Part shown: piece after piece, positions 16,129-24,443 of the stretch
How the letters are laid out: each line of letters starts with the position of its first letter
Numbering within the stretch: the first letter of the stretch is position 1
Assembly: GCA_041690395.1 (NCBI GenBank)
Contig: JAWLHJ010000003.1
Span: 32,001-96,000 of the forward strand
From: Longimicrobiales bacterium
GTDB taxonomy: Bacteria; Gemmatimonadota; Gemmatimonadetes; Longimicrobiales; Gaopeijiaceae
Direction: 5' to 3'
Length of the DNA: 64,000 bases
The notes under the pieces: model-generated
Told to the model about the DNA's origin: nothing
Database searches by the model: none
What the model saw: the letters and a program-made list of their open reading frames with translations, nothing else
Translations under genes and position numbers: made by a program

Positions 16129-19071
16129 TTGATCGCTACGGCTCAATTACCTATCCGAAGCTCGCCCCCTGCCGCGCGGCTCGATACGCCGTGGCTCGGG
16201 CTGCGCCGTGCCCTGTTTTTCGCTCTCGTCCTCGCCACCACGGTGTACGGCGTGTCGATGATGGCCGCGTTGGTGTCGGGTGGAGGCACGACCCGGCTCG
16301 AGCTGCTGATCCTCGTTTTGTTCGCGCCCACGTTCGCGTGGATCTCCGTCGCATTCTGGAATGCCGTGGTGGGGTTCATCCTCCGGGCGTTCGGACGCGA
16401 CCCGCTGACGCTCGAGCGCATCGACGCCCCGGGTGGCCCGGCCCGGTTGGCGCCGCTCAGTTCGAGAACGGCGCTGGTCGTGCCGGCCCGGAACGAAGAC
16501 GCCTACGCGGTCGTTCGGCGAATCGAGGCGATGTTGGGGTCCCTCGAGAGGGCAGGTCATGCCGGCGCCTTCGACGTGCACCTCCTGAGCGACACCGACG
16601 ATCCGGAGCGGATCCCGGCGGAAGATGGGGCGTGGGCGGGTCTGGCCGGGCGCTACTCGGGCGCGGCCGGGCTCCATTACCGACGCCGAGCGCACAACGA
16701 AGGTCGGAAAGCCGGCAACATCGCGGAGTTCCTCGGCCGCGCGGGCGCGGGGTACGAGTACATGGTGGTGTTGGACGCCGACTCCGTCATGTCGGCCGAC
16801 ACCCTCGTCCGGCTCGTGCGTACGATGGACGCGAACCCGACGGCCGGCCTGGTGCAGACGGTTCCGCTTCCGGGCCCGCAGACGACGCGCTTCGGGCGCT
16901 TCGTCGAGCTTGCCGCCGGCCTGTACGGACCGATGCTCGCGGCCGGGCAGAGCTTCTGGCAAGGCGACGCCGCCAACTACTGGGGGCACAACGCGATCGT
17001 GCGTGTCGAGCCCTTCGTGCGGCACTGTCGGCTGCCGGTGCTGTCCGGCTCGCCGCCCCTCGGCGGTGAGATCCTGTCGCACGACTTCGTGGAGGCCGCA
17101 TTGCTGCGTCGGGCCGGTTGGGGGGTATACCTCCTGGCCGGGGCCGGAGGGAGCTGGGAGGACGTCCCCGCGAACCTGATCGACTACGCGCGGCGGGACC
17201 GCCGTTGGTCCCAGGGAAGCCTGCAACACCTGAAGCTGCTCGCGCTCGGGGGCCTTCACCCCATCAGCCGGCTGCACTTCCTGCTGGGCGCCATGGGATA
17301 TGTGTCGTCCCTCCTGTGGCTCCTGCTTCTGTTGGCGAGCACGGCGTACGTGGCCGGCGTCGCGCCGCTCGCGGATCCCGTGCTGGACGGGGTCGCGGGC
17401 ATGGGCTCGTGGACCCTCCTCCAGCCTTTACCCTCGCTGCTGGCGGTGACGGCGGCGATCCTCTTTCTGCCCAAGGGACTCGGGTTGCTGCTCGCGCTCC
17501 GGCAGCGGGAGCGGTACGGGGGGGCGGCGCGGTTGATCGGTGCCGGTGTCGCGGAAGCAGGCTTCGCGGTCGTGGTGGCGCCGATCATGATGATGTTCCA
17601 CGCGAAGTTCGTGTTGGAAGTCATGGTAGGACATTCGGTTGCCTGGACGACGCAGCTCCGTGACGGCACGTCGGTGCCGTGGGGCGATGCGACCCGGGCG
17701 GTCGGATGGATCGGCGCCGGGGGACTCCTCTGGGCCGCGGGAACGTGGTCCCTGAGTCCTCTGTTCTTCGCGTGGATGGCCCCGATTTTCATCGGGCTGC
17801 TCGCCGCGATTCCTCTCGTCCGATGGACCTCTCGTCCGTCGGTCGGTGTTTTCGACTCCGGTCCGATGCAAGACCGGGTTCCATTTTCTCCGGTATCCGG
17901 GACCGCCGTAGAGCGGGGAGGTTCGGTGAACGATATGTACGAGGCAGAGCGTGGGCTCTTCGAGCTGAGACGGCGTCGGGCGCTGCTCGTCACGCACGCG
18001 GCGAACGGCGACGGTACGGCGGGGGGCGACGCGCTGGTCGCGTCCGCCGAAGGATTGGGTGACGAGACCTTGGCGTCCCTGCGCCGCCTCGCCGATGGGC
18101 CGCTCCACCTGGTCGTCACGCCGCACCGGGCCCGTGCCCTCGGCATCCAACTCAGCCCCGGCCCGCTGGCGTTGCGGCTCCCGGCCGACGCCGGTCCGGG
18201 TGACGTGCTCCACCTGTGCAGCGAGCGCGGATCGACTCCGCCACGCGGTATGACCGTTCGACCGGCCACGGCGGCCGAGGCGCAGGGTCTGGCGTTGGCC
18301 CGGCTCGCCCAGCTCCTCCCGGCTGTGGTGGCGGGAAGTGTCTCGTCGACCCCGCGTGCGGAGCTGACGGAGGTACTGGCCGCCCGCCGGATCCTGCAGG
18401 TCGACTCGAAGCGCATCCGTGCCGCGCTCGAAGCGCCGAGGATCTCCGTCTCGCAGGTCAGTGAAGCCCCGGTTCCGCTGCAGGATGCCGAGGACGCCCG
18501 CTTCGTCCTGTTCCGGGAGGATCATGCTCTCCTGGAGCACGTCGCGATCATGATCGGGCGTCGCGAAGCGTGGCCGGACCCGGTGCCGGTGCGGCTGCAC
18601 TCGGCGTGCCTCACGGGCGACCTGTTCGGGAGCCTGAAATGCGACTGCGGCGAGCAGCTTCGCGGGAGCCTTCGGCACTTCCAGGAGCAGGGGGGCGGCG
18701 TGCTGCTCTATCTCCAGCAGGAAGGGAGGGGCATCGGGCTCGGAAACAAGCTGCGGGCCTACTCGCTCCAGGACGGAGGACTCGACACGGTGGACGCGGA
18801 CTGCACGCTCGGCTTCGGACCGGACGAGCGGACCTACGACGCCGCTCTCGACATGCTCCACCAACTCGGGATCGAGCGCGTGCAGCTGCTCACGAACAAC
18901 CCGGACAAGCTGAGGGCCGTGGAGCGGGGCGGGATCCAGGTCATGGATCGCATGCCCCTCCACGGGACGCTCAACCGGTACAATCTCCCGTACGTGAAGG
19001 CGAAGGTGCAGCGCGCCGGCCACTGGCTGGGCGACATGCTCTCCGGCGTGTCGGGGAACGGAAGTAGTTGA
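16129..19071 (+). CDS. Fusion ORF: glucan glucosyltransferase OpgH (MdoH, GT2) + degenerate RibB-like domain + GTP cyclohydrolase II (RibA)
   Basis: aa ~1-570: RKAGNI, VLDADS, NYWGHNAI, LSHDFVEA, RDRRWSQG and TM helices. C-terminus: VRLHSACLTGDLFGSLKCDCGEQL, QEGRGIGLGNKLRAY, LLTNNPDK. No stop codon between the halves. Confidence 0.88.
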   Translation: MIATAQLPIRSSPPAARLDTPWLGLRRALFFALVLATTVYGVSMMAALVSGGGTTRLELLILVLFAPTFAWISVAFWNAVVGFILRAFGRDPLTLERIDAPGGPARLAPLSSRTALVVPARNEDAYAVVRRIEAMLGSLERAGHAGAFDVHLLSDTDDPERIPAEDGAWAGLAGRYSGAAGLHYRRRAHNEGRKAGNIAEFLGRAGAGYEYMVVLDADSVMSADTLVRLVRTMDANPTAGLVQTVPLPGPQTTRFGRFVELAAGLYGPMLAAGQSFWQGDAANYWGHNAIVRVEPFVRHCRLPVLSGSPPLGGEILSHDFVEAALLRRAGWGVYLLAGAGGSWEDVPANLIDYARRDRRWSQGSLQHLKLLALGGLHPISRLHFLLGAMGYVSSLLWLLLLLASTAYVAGVAPLADPVLDGVAGMGSWTLLQPLPSLLAVTAAILFLPKGLGLLLALRQRERYGGAARLIGAGVAEAGFAVVVAPIMMMFHAKFVLEVMVGHSVAWTTQLRDGTSVPWGDATRAVGWIGAGGLLWAAGTWSLSPLFFAWMAPIFIGLLAAIPLVRWTSRPSVGVFDSGPMQDRVPFSPVSGTAVERGGSVNDMYEAERGLFELRRRRALLVTHAANGDGTAGGDALVASAEGLGDETLASLRRLADGPLHLVVTPHRARALGIQLSPGPLALRLPADAGPGDVLHLCSERGSTPPRGMTVRPATAAEAQGLALARLAQLLPAVVAGSVSSTPRAELTEVLAARRILQVDSKRIRAALEAPRISVSQVSEAPVPLQDAEDARFVLFREDHALLEHVAIMIGRREAWPDPVPVRLHSACLTGDLFGSLKCDCGEQLRGSLRHFQEQGGGVLLYLQQEGRGIGLGNKLRAYSLQDGGLDTVDADCTLGFGPDERTYDAALDMLHQLGIERVQLLTNNPDKLRAVERGGIQVMDRMPLHGTLNRYNLPYVKAKVQRAGHWLGDMLSGVSGNGSS

Positions 19072-19072
19072 C

Positions 19073-19573
19073 CTGAGGCGGTTCCTGGCTGTGGCGGCCC
19101 TGGCGATGGCCGCCTGCTCCGGTCCGCCTGAGGTCGAGCGCGATCCCGCTCCGCTCCTGCAGACCTCGGCGGTGCGGTACACGTTCGAGCGGCACGACTT
19201 CGGCTATTCGACGACGATTCCGTTCACCTACAGGAACGAGACCGACGTCGACGTGCTCGTGGACCACTGTGACGGCGACGTCCGCCCGCTCCTCCAGATC
19301 CGCCGCGGCGACCGGTGGGTCGACCAGTGGCACCCGTTCATGGACGGCTGCTCGAGCCCACCCCTCCGTATCGCCCCCGGCGAGGTCTACTCCGACACGT
19401 TACGCGTGATCGGGGCCCCGCCGGGATCGAACGTCACGCCGGCCTTCGTGTTCGAAGACGTGGAAGGCGTGTATCGTTTGTATTGGTTCCAGGCGCGCCT
19501 TTCCGACTCGGACTCGGTCGCCACCGCACTGCCGTGGCGCGTCTCGAACCCGTTCGTGATCGAGCTCCCTTGA
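19073..19573 (+). CDS. Hypothetical lipoprotein (beta-rich)
   Basis: Lipobox MAAC. A complete signal (RRFLAVAALAMAAC) needs the CTG at 19073; the first canonical start is GTG 19091. Confidence 0.65.
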   Translation: MRRFLAVAALAMAACSGPPEVERDPAPLLQTSAVRYTFERHDFGYSTTIPFTYRNETDVDVLVDHCDGDVRPLLQIRRGDRWVDQWHPFMDGCSSPPLRIAPGEVYSDTLRVIGAPPGSNVTPAFVFEDVEGVYRLYWFQARLSDSDSVATALPWRVSNPFVIELP

Positions 19574-19588
19574 CGACATCGGCCGCCC

Positions 19589-19786
19589 ATGCCTCCCAGC
19601 AGATTCGTCTCCTCGGACCGCCTCATGCGGATGACGGTCTTCTTGACGTCCGCCGTCGTCATCCTGGTCGGGCTCGACGTCGGGCTTCGTGCGCTCGGCT
19701 CCGGTCCCGCAGCGCGCCTGGTGCTCGTCGTAGCGTGGCTGGTGCTGCTCCCGGTGCTCGGATGGCGCGTCTGGAAGGGCCATTGA
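19589..19786 (+). CDS. Small two-TM hypothetical membrane protein
   Basis: 65 aa ORF with two hydrophobic helices, filling the intergenic gap. Confidence 0.55.
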   Translation: MPPSRFVSSDRLMRMTVFLTSAVVILVGLDVGLRALGSGPAARLVLVVAWLVLLPVLGWRVWKGH

Positions 19787-19838
19787 CCCCTCGGGCTCGC
19801 ACGAGCAGGTTCCGGAGACCGCCCACATCCCACGCCAG

Positions 19839-19873
19839 GCGCGGCCCCGATAGTCCCGGGCGCCGCGCTTTTT
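19839..19873 (+). promoter_or_regulatory. Stem-loop upstream of thrS (candidate anticodon-mimic operator or terminator)
   Basis: GCGCGGC-CCCG / CGGG-C-GCCGCGC stem with 7-nt loop ATAGTCC, followed by TTTTT. Confidence 0.45.
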
Positions 19874-19885
19874 CAACCCTGAGCC

Positions 19886-21811
19886 ATGTCGAGCGAACAG
19901 ATCCGCATCACCCTTCCGAACGGGGACATCCTCGAGCTGCCCAAGGGATCGACGGCCGGTGAGGTCGCGGCCGCGATCGGGCCCGGTCTCGCGCGGGCCG
20001 CCCTGGCGGCAGTCGTGGACGGCACCACCATCGGTCTCATGGAGCCCATCGAGCAGGACGCGAGCATCCGGATCCTGACGGAGAAGGACCCGGAAGCGCT
20101 TCCGGTCCTGAGGCACTCCGCGGCGCACGTGCTCGCCACCGCCGTGCGGGAGCTCCGTCCCGGCGCGGGGATCGGCTTCGGTCCCGCCATCGATGAAGGG
20201 TTCTACTACGACTTCGACGTGGACGAGCCGTTCACCCCCGACGACCTCGAGGCGTTCGAGAAGCAGATGGCCGACGTGGTCGCTGCGGATCAGCCGTTCG
20301 AGCGCCGGAAGGTGGACAAGGCGGAGGCGCGCCGGCTCTTCGCGGACGACCCGCTCAAGCTGGAGCGGCTCGAGGAGTTCGACGACGACGAGGTGATCAC
20401 GGTATACGAGAACGGGCCCTTTCTCGACCTGTGCAAGGGACCGCACGTGCCGAGCACCGGCCGGCTCAAGCATTTCAAGCTCCTCTCCGGAGCCGGGGCG
20501 TACTGGCGGGGTGACGAGAAGCGTCAGATGCTGCAGCGGATCTACGGGACCGCTTTCCCGAGGAAGGAGGATCTCGAGCAGCACCTGACGCGCATCGAGG
20601 AAGCGAGGAAGCGCGATCACCGCCGGGTCGGGAAGGACCTCGACCTGTTCCTGTTCCACCCCTGGGCGCCGGGCGCGCCATTCTGGACCGACCGCGGCAC
20701 CCGGGTCTTCCGGACGCTGAGCGACTGGATGTCCGGCGTGTTGAGCGAGAACGGATACGAGCAGGTGAAGACGCCGCTGCTCTACAACAAGGCGCTGTGG
20801 GAGCAGTCGGGGCACTGGGGGAAGTACCGCGAGAACATGTTCATGGTGATGGACAAGGAATCGGGAGAGCACGACTTCTCGCTCAAGCCGATGAACTGCC
20901 CGTCCCACTACCTCCTGTACGCGTCCCGCAATCGCTCGTACCGTGAGCTCCCCGTCCGCTTCGCGACACAGGACGTCCTCCACCGGAACGAGATCACCGG
21001 AGCGCTCAGCGGTCTCACGCGGGTGCGGCAGTTCCAGCAGGACGACGCCCACATCTTCCTCAAGGAAGACCAGATCGAGGACGAGGTCCGACGGCTGGTC
21101 GAGCTCATCGACTACTTCTATCGGACGCTCGGCCTGGAGTACACGACGAAGTTCGCCACCCGTCCGGAGCAGCGGATCGGTGAGGACGCCATGTGGGACC
21201 GCGCGGAGGGTGCGCTCCGGGACGCGCTCGAGGCGCTCGATCGTCCGTACGAGTTGAAGGAGGGCGACGGAGCCTTCTACGGCCCGAAGATCGACTTCGA
21301 CGTGGTCGACGCGATCGGTCGTGAGTGGCAGCTCGGCACGATCCAGCTCGACTACGCGAACCCGGAGCGATTCGACCTCACGTACGTGGGCGAGGACAAC
21401 AGCGAGCACCGTCCGGTGATCATCCACCGGGCCATCTTCGGATCGTTCGAGCGCTTCATCGCGATCCTGATCGAGCACTACGCCGGGGCGCTCCCGACGT
21501 GGCTCTCGCCCGAGCAGGTGCGGGTGCTGCCGGTGTCGGAGCAGTGGACCGAGAGCGCGCGCGAGCTGGTGCACGATCTGCGTGTGGCGGGCGTGCGCGC
21601 CGAGCTCGCGGACCGAGAGACGCTCCCGTACCGGATCCGCGAGGCCGAGAAGATGAAGATCCCGTATATGGGCGTCGTGGGCGAGCGCGAGGCCGAGGCC
21701 GGCACCGTGGCCGTGCGCAAGCGCGGAACGGGGAAGAAGCAGGAAGTGATGCCGCGGGCGGACTTCGTGGAACGGGTGGCCCGGGAGACGCGCGACAAGG
21801 AGCTCGACTGA
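19886..21811 (+). CDS. thrS: Threonine--tRNA ligase
   Basis: TGS domain, RHSAAHVLA, DLCKGPH, KPMNCP, RVRQFQQDDAH, GAFYGPKID. Confidence 0.98.
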   Translation: MSSEQIRITLPNGDILELPKGSTAGEVAAAIGPGLARAALAAVVDGTTIGLMEPIEQDASIRILTEKDPEALPVLRHSAAHVLATAVRELRPGAGIGFGPAIDEGFYYDFDVDEPFTPDDLEAFEKQMADVVAADQPFERRKVDKAEARRLFADDPLKLERLEEFDDDEVITVYENGPFLDLCKGPHVPSTGRLKHFKLLSGAGAYWRGDEKRQMLQRIYGTAFPRKEDLEQHLTRIEEARKRDHRRVGKDLDLFLFHPWAPGAPFWTDRGTRVFRTLSDWMSGVLSENGYEQVKTPLLYNKALWEQSGHWGKYRENMFMVMDKESGEHDFSLKPMNCPSHYLLYASRNRSYRELPVRFATQDVLHRNEITGALSGLTRVRQFQQDDAHIFLKEDQIEDEVRRLVELIDYFYRTLGLEYTTKFATRPEQRIGEDAMWDRAEGALRDALEALDRPYELKEGDGAFYGPKIDFDVVDAIGREWQLGTIQLDYANPERFDLTYVGEDNSEHRPVIIHRAIFGSFERFIAILIEHYAGALPTWLSPEQVRVLPVSEQWTESARELVHDLRVAGVRAELADRETLPYRIREAEKMKIPYMGVVGEREAEAGTVAVRKRGTGKKQEVMPRADFVERVARETRDKELD

Positions 21812-21838
21812 CCAGGGCTCCGAGACGCGCCATCGCCG

Positions 21839-21867
21839 TTGACCGCGCGCCCTCATTGCCTCATCTT
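21839..21867 (+). promoter_or_regulatory. Candidate sigma70 promoter for the infC operon
   Basis: TTGACC-17 nt-CATCTT. Confidence 0.4.
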
Positions 21868-21884
21868 GTCCGCACGACAATCAG

Positions 21885-22023
21885 GAAGTGGGCCGGAGAC
21901 GACGCCGGTCCCACCCTCGGGCTCCACGAGAGCCGACTCGAGGGTCGCTTCGTCAGGGGAAAGCCGGAGGCTCACCCCTTGACGGCGTTCGCGACCCGGG
22001 TCTCTCTGAGCTCGGGTCTTTTT
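21885..22023 (+). promoter_or_regulatory. Structured leader of infC-rpmI-rplT ending in a terminator-like hairpin (candidate L20-type leader)
   Basis: Four consecutive hairpins; the last, GACCCGGGTCTC-TCT-GAGCTCGGGTC, is followed by TTTTT. Confidence 0.5.
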
Positions 22024-22085
22024 CGTTTCGTGATCGGTCGTCGCTGGGACGACCGACACAGGCCACGTTCGGAGGTATAGAGGAA

Positions 22086-22607
22086 ATCAACGACAAGCGA
22101 GTCCGCGTGAACGAGCAGATCCGGATCAGCCCCGTCCGGCTGATCCAGGACGATGGCGAGCAGATCGGCATCGTGTCCCTCGACGAGGCCCGCGAGCGGG
22201 CGGCCGAGCGAGGCATGGACCTGGTCGAAGTCGCGGCAGAGGCCCGCCCGCCCGTGGTCAAGATGATGGACTACGGGAAGTTCAAGTACGAAGCCCAACG
22301 GGCTGCCCGAGATGCGCGGAAGAAGCAGCACACGATCCAGGTCAAGGAAGTGAAGTTCCGGCCCGGGATCGAGGACCATGACTACGAGTTCAAGGTCCGC
22401 CACGCACGTCGTTTCCTCGACGAGGGGAACAAGGTCAAGCTGACCATGATGTTCAGGGGTCGGCAGGTGACCCATCCGGAGTTGGGGCTCGAAGTCCTCG
22501 CCCGGGTGATGGAGGACATTCAGGATCTCGGCAAAGCGGAATCGCAGCCGAGCATGGAGGGCCGGGTCATGTCGATGATGGTCGGCCCGCTCAAGGTACC
22601 GAAGTAA
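22086..22607 (+). CDS. infC: Translation initiation factor IF-3 (non-canonical ATC start inferred)
   Basis: RVNEQIR, DLVEVA, PPVVKMMDYGKFKYE, VKEVKFRP. GGAGGT RBS 9 nt before the in-frame ATC. Confidence 0.95.
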   Translation: MNDKRVRVNEQIRISPVRLIQDDGEQIGIVSLDEARERAAERGMDLVEVAAEARPPVVKMMDYGKFKYEAQRAARDARKKQHTIQVKEVKFRPGIEDHDYEFKVRHARRFLDEGNKVKLTMMFRGRQVTHPELGLEVLARVMEDIQDLGKAESQPSMEGRVMSMMVGPLKVPK

Positions 22608-22654
22608 TCACCGGGTCCTGAGGGCTCGGCCCACAGGAAGAACGGAGAAATTAG

Positions 22655-22855
22655 ATGCCCAAGATGAAGACCCACCGCGGTGCGGCGAAGCGCGTCAAGA
22701 AGACGGGCTCCGGCAAGTTCAAGCGCATGCGGGCGAACAAGAGCCACATCCTCACGAAGAAGACGCGGAAGCGTAAGCGCCGTCTTCGTAAGCCGGATAT
22801 GGTGTCCAAGTCCGACGCCAAGAAGTTGAACAAGATTCTCCCCTACGGCGCGTAA
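22655..22855 (+). CDS. rpmI: 50S ribosomal protein L35
   Basis: [13 protein letters not shown]...HILTKK. Confidence 0.98.
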   Translation: MPKMKTHRGAAKRVKKTGSGKFKRMRANKSHILTKKTRKRKRRLRKPDMVSKSDAKKLNKILPYGA

Positions 22856-22867
22856 GGAGGCCGAGAG

Positions 22868-23236
22868 ATGCCAAGAGCAACCTCCGCATCCGCGCGGAAC
22901 AAGCGTAAGAAAAAGATCTTCAAGGCCGCCAAAGGTTACTTCGGCGGCCGGAAGAACCTGTATCGCACCGCGAAGGACGCGGTCGAGAAGGGGTGGCAGC
23001 ACGCGTATCGGGACCGCAAGAAGAAGAAGCGGAACTTCCGGCGGCTCTGGATCGCGCGCATCAACGCCGCGGCCCGTGAGCACGACCTCTCCTACTCGCG
23101 CTTCATCAACGGCCTGAAGGAGGCCGGGATCGAGCTCGACAGGAAGGCGCTCGCCGACCTGGCCGTCCGCAACCCCGAGGCGTTCGGTACCCTCGTGGGT
23201 CACGCGAAGGACAGCCTGGCCGCCAAGAGCAGCTGA
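22868..23236 (+). CDS. rplT: 50S ribosomal protein L20
   Basis: [26 protein letters not shown]. Confidence 0.98.
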   Translation: MPRATSASARNKRKKKIFKAAKGYFGGRKNLYRTAKDAVEKGWQHAYRDRKKKKRNFRRLWIARINAAAREHDLSYSRFINGLKEAGIELDRKALADLAVRNPEAFGTLVGHAKDSLAAKSS

Positions 23237-23288
23237 CCCGGGCCGACCGACCGAGGATGCGCGAGCATCCCGGAATCGCGGCAGGATC

Positions 23289-23334
23289 GATGGAGGGTCT
23301 CGTGGCTACGGCCGCGGGACCCTCCGTCCGTTTC
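23289..23334 (+). terminator. 18-bp stem with C(UACG)G tetraloop after rplT
   Basis: GATGGAGGGTCTCGTGGC-TACG-GCCGCGGGACCCTCCGTC, short T tail. Confidence 0.6.
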
Positions 23335-23420
23335 AGGACCGTCCGATTGCATCCGGACCCGCGCTTGATAGCTTACGGACCGCCCCGCGAAAGGGGACCC
23401 TTCCGACATCCTCCGAGACC

Positions 23421-24443
23421 ATGACGCAGCCAGACCTGATCGACGCCCTACGCGCCCTCGAGCGCGAAGCCCTGGAACGGATTTCGGTCGCGGACGACTC
23501 GGACGGCCTCGAGCAGGTCCGTGTCGCCTATCTCGGACGGAAGGAGGGACGCGTCTCGGAGATCCTCCGCGGGCTCGGCTCGATGCCGCCCGAAAAGAGG
23601 CCCCAGGTCGGTCAGGAGGCGAATCGCGTCAAGGACGCCCTGGCCGAGGCGCTCGAGCGCCGTGAGGCCGAGGTCGCCGTCGCCGAAGGGGGCGGCCTCG
23701 GCGACCTGTCGCTCCCGGCGCGCGAGCCGTGGCGCGGCGGCCTGCACCCCATCACGCAGGCCGTGGACGAGATCTGGCGGATCTTCCGGGGGCTCGGCTT
23801 CACGCGGGCACGAGGCCCCGAGGCGGACAGCGAGTGGTACAACTTCGAGGCGCTCAACACGCCCCTCGACCACCCGGCCGCGGACGAGCAGGACACGCTC
23901 TACCTGGTCGACTCGGTACTCCTGCGGAGCCATACGTCCCCGGTGCAGATGCGCACCATGGAGCGGCACGAGCCCCCGATCCGCATCCTCGCTCCGGGGT
24001 GGGTGTACCGCCGCGACACATACGACGCCACCCATACCCCCGCCTTCATGCAGATCGAGGGGTTGGTCATCGACGAGGGCGTCTCGTTCGTCGACTTCAA
24101 GGCGACGCTGGCCGAGTTCGCCCGCCGGTATTGGGGCCCCGACACGCAGGTGCGCTTCCGTCCGTCCTTCTTCCCGTTCACCGAGCCGAGCGCGGAGGTC
24201 GACGTCAAGCGCGTCATCACCCACCCCGACGGCAGCCGTGAGGAGACCGACTGGCTCGAGATCATGGGGGCCGGGATGGTCGATCCCGCAGTGATCGAGA
24301 ACGCCGGGCACGACCCGGAGCGCTACACCGGATGGGCCTTCGGCATGGGGCCGGGGCGGATCGCCATGCTCAAGCATGGGGTCAAGGATCTCCGCACGTT
24401 CTTCGAGAACGACGTCCGTTTCCTCTCCCAGTTCGCGTCATGA
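23421..24443 (+). CDS. pheS: Phenylalanine--tRNA ligase alpha subunit
   Basis: LLRSHTSPVQ, DATHTP, FRPSFFPFTEPS, GWAFGMG. Confidence 0.98.
   Translation: MTQPDLIDALRALEREALERISVADDSDGLEQVRVAYLGRKEGRVSEILRGLGSMPPEKRPQVGQEANRVKDALAEALERREAEVAVAEGGGLGDLSLPAREPWRGGLHPITQAVDEIWRIFRGLGFTRARGPEADSEWYNFEALNTPLDHPAADEQDTLYLVDSVLLRSHTSPVQMRTMERHEPPIRILAPGWVYRRDTYDATHTPAFMQIEGLVIDEGVSFVDFKATLAEFARRYWGPDTQVRFRPSFFPFTEPSAEVDVKRVITHPDGSREETDWLEIMGAGMVDPAVIENAGHDPERYTGWAFGMGPGRIAMLKHGVKDLRTFFENDVRFLSQFAS

Noticed and set aside
10231..19071. Housekeeping riboflavin operon
   Set aside because: No riboflavin synthase or lumazine synthase, RibD lacks the deaminase, the RibB-like domain lacks catalytic residues, and no FMN riboswitch was seen.
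19400..21880. Long antisense ORFs (826 aa here; also 24449-26263, 27565-29910, 30743-33169, 17428-19182)
   Set aside because: Shadow frames opposite well-conserved genes, expected from high-GC codon bias; no motifs.
23237..23420. T-box or pheM-type attenuator before pheS
   Set aside because: No T-box consensus or Phe-rich leader peptide was seen; only a UNCG hairpin consistent with the rplT terminator.
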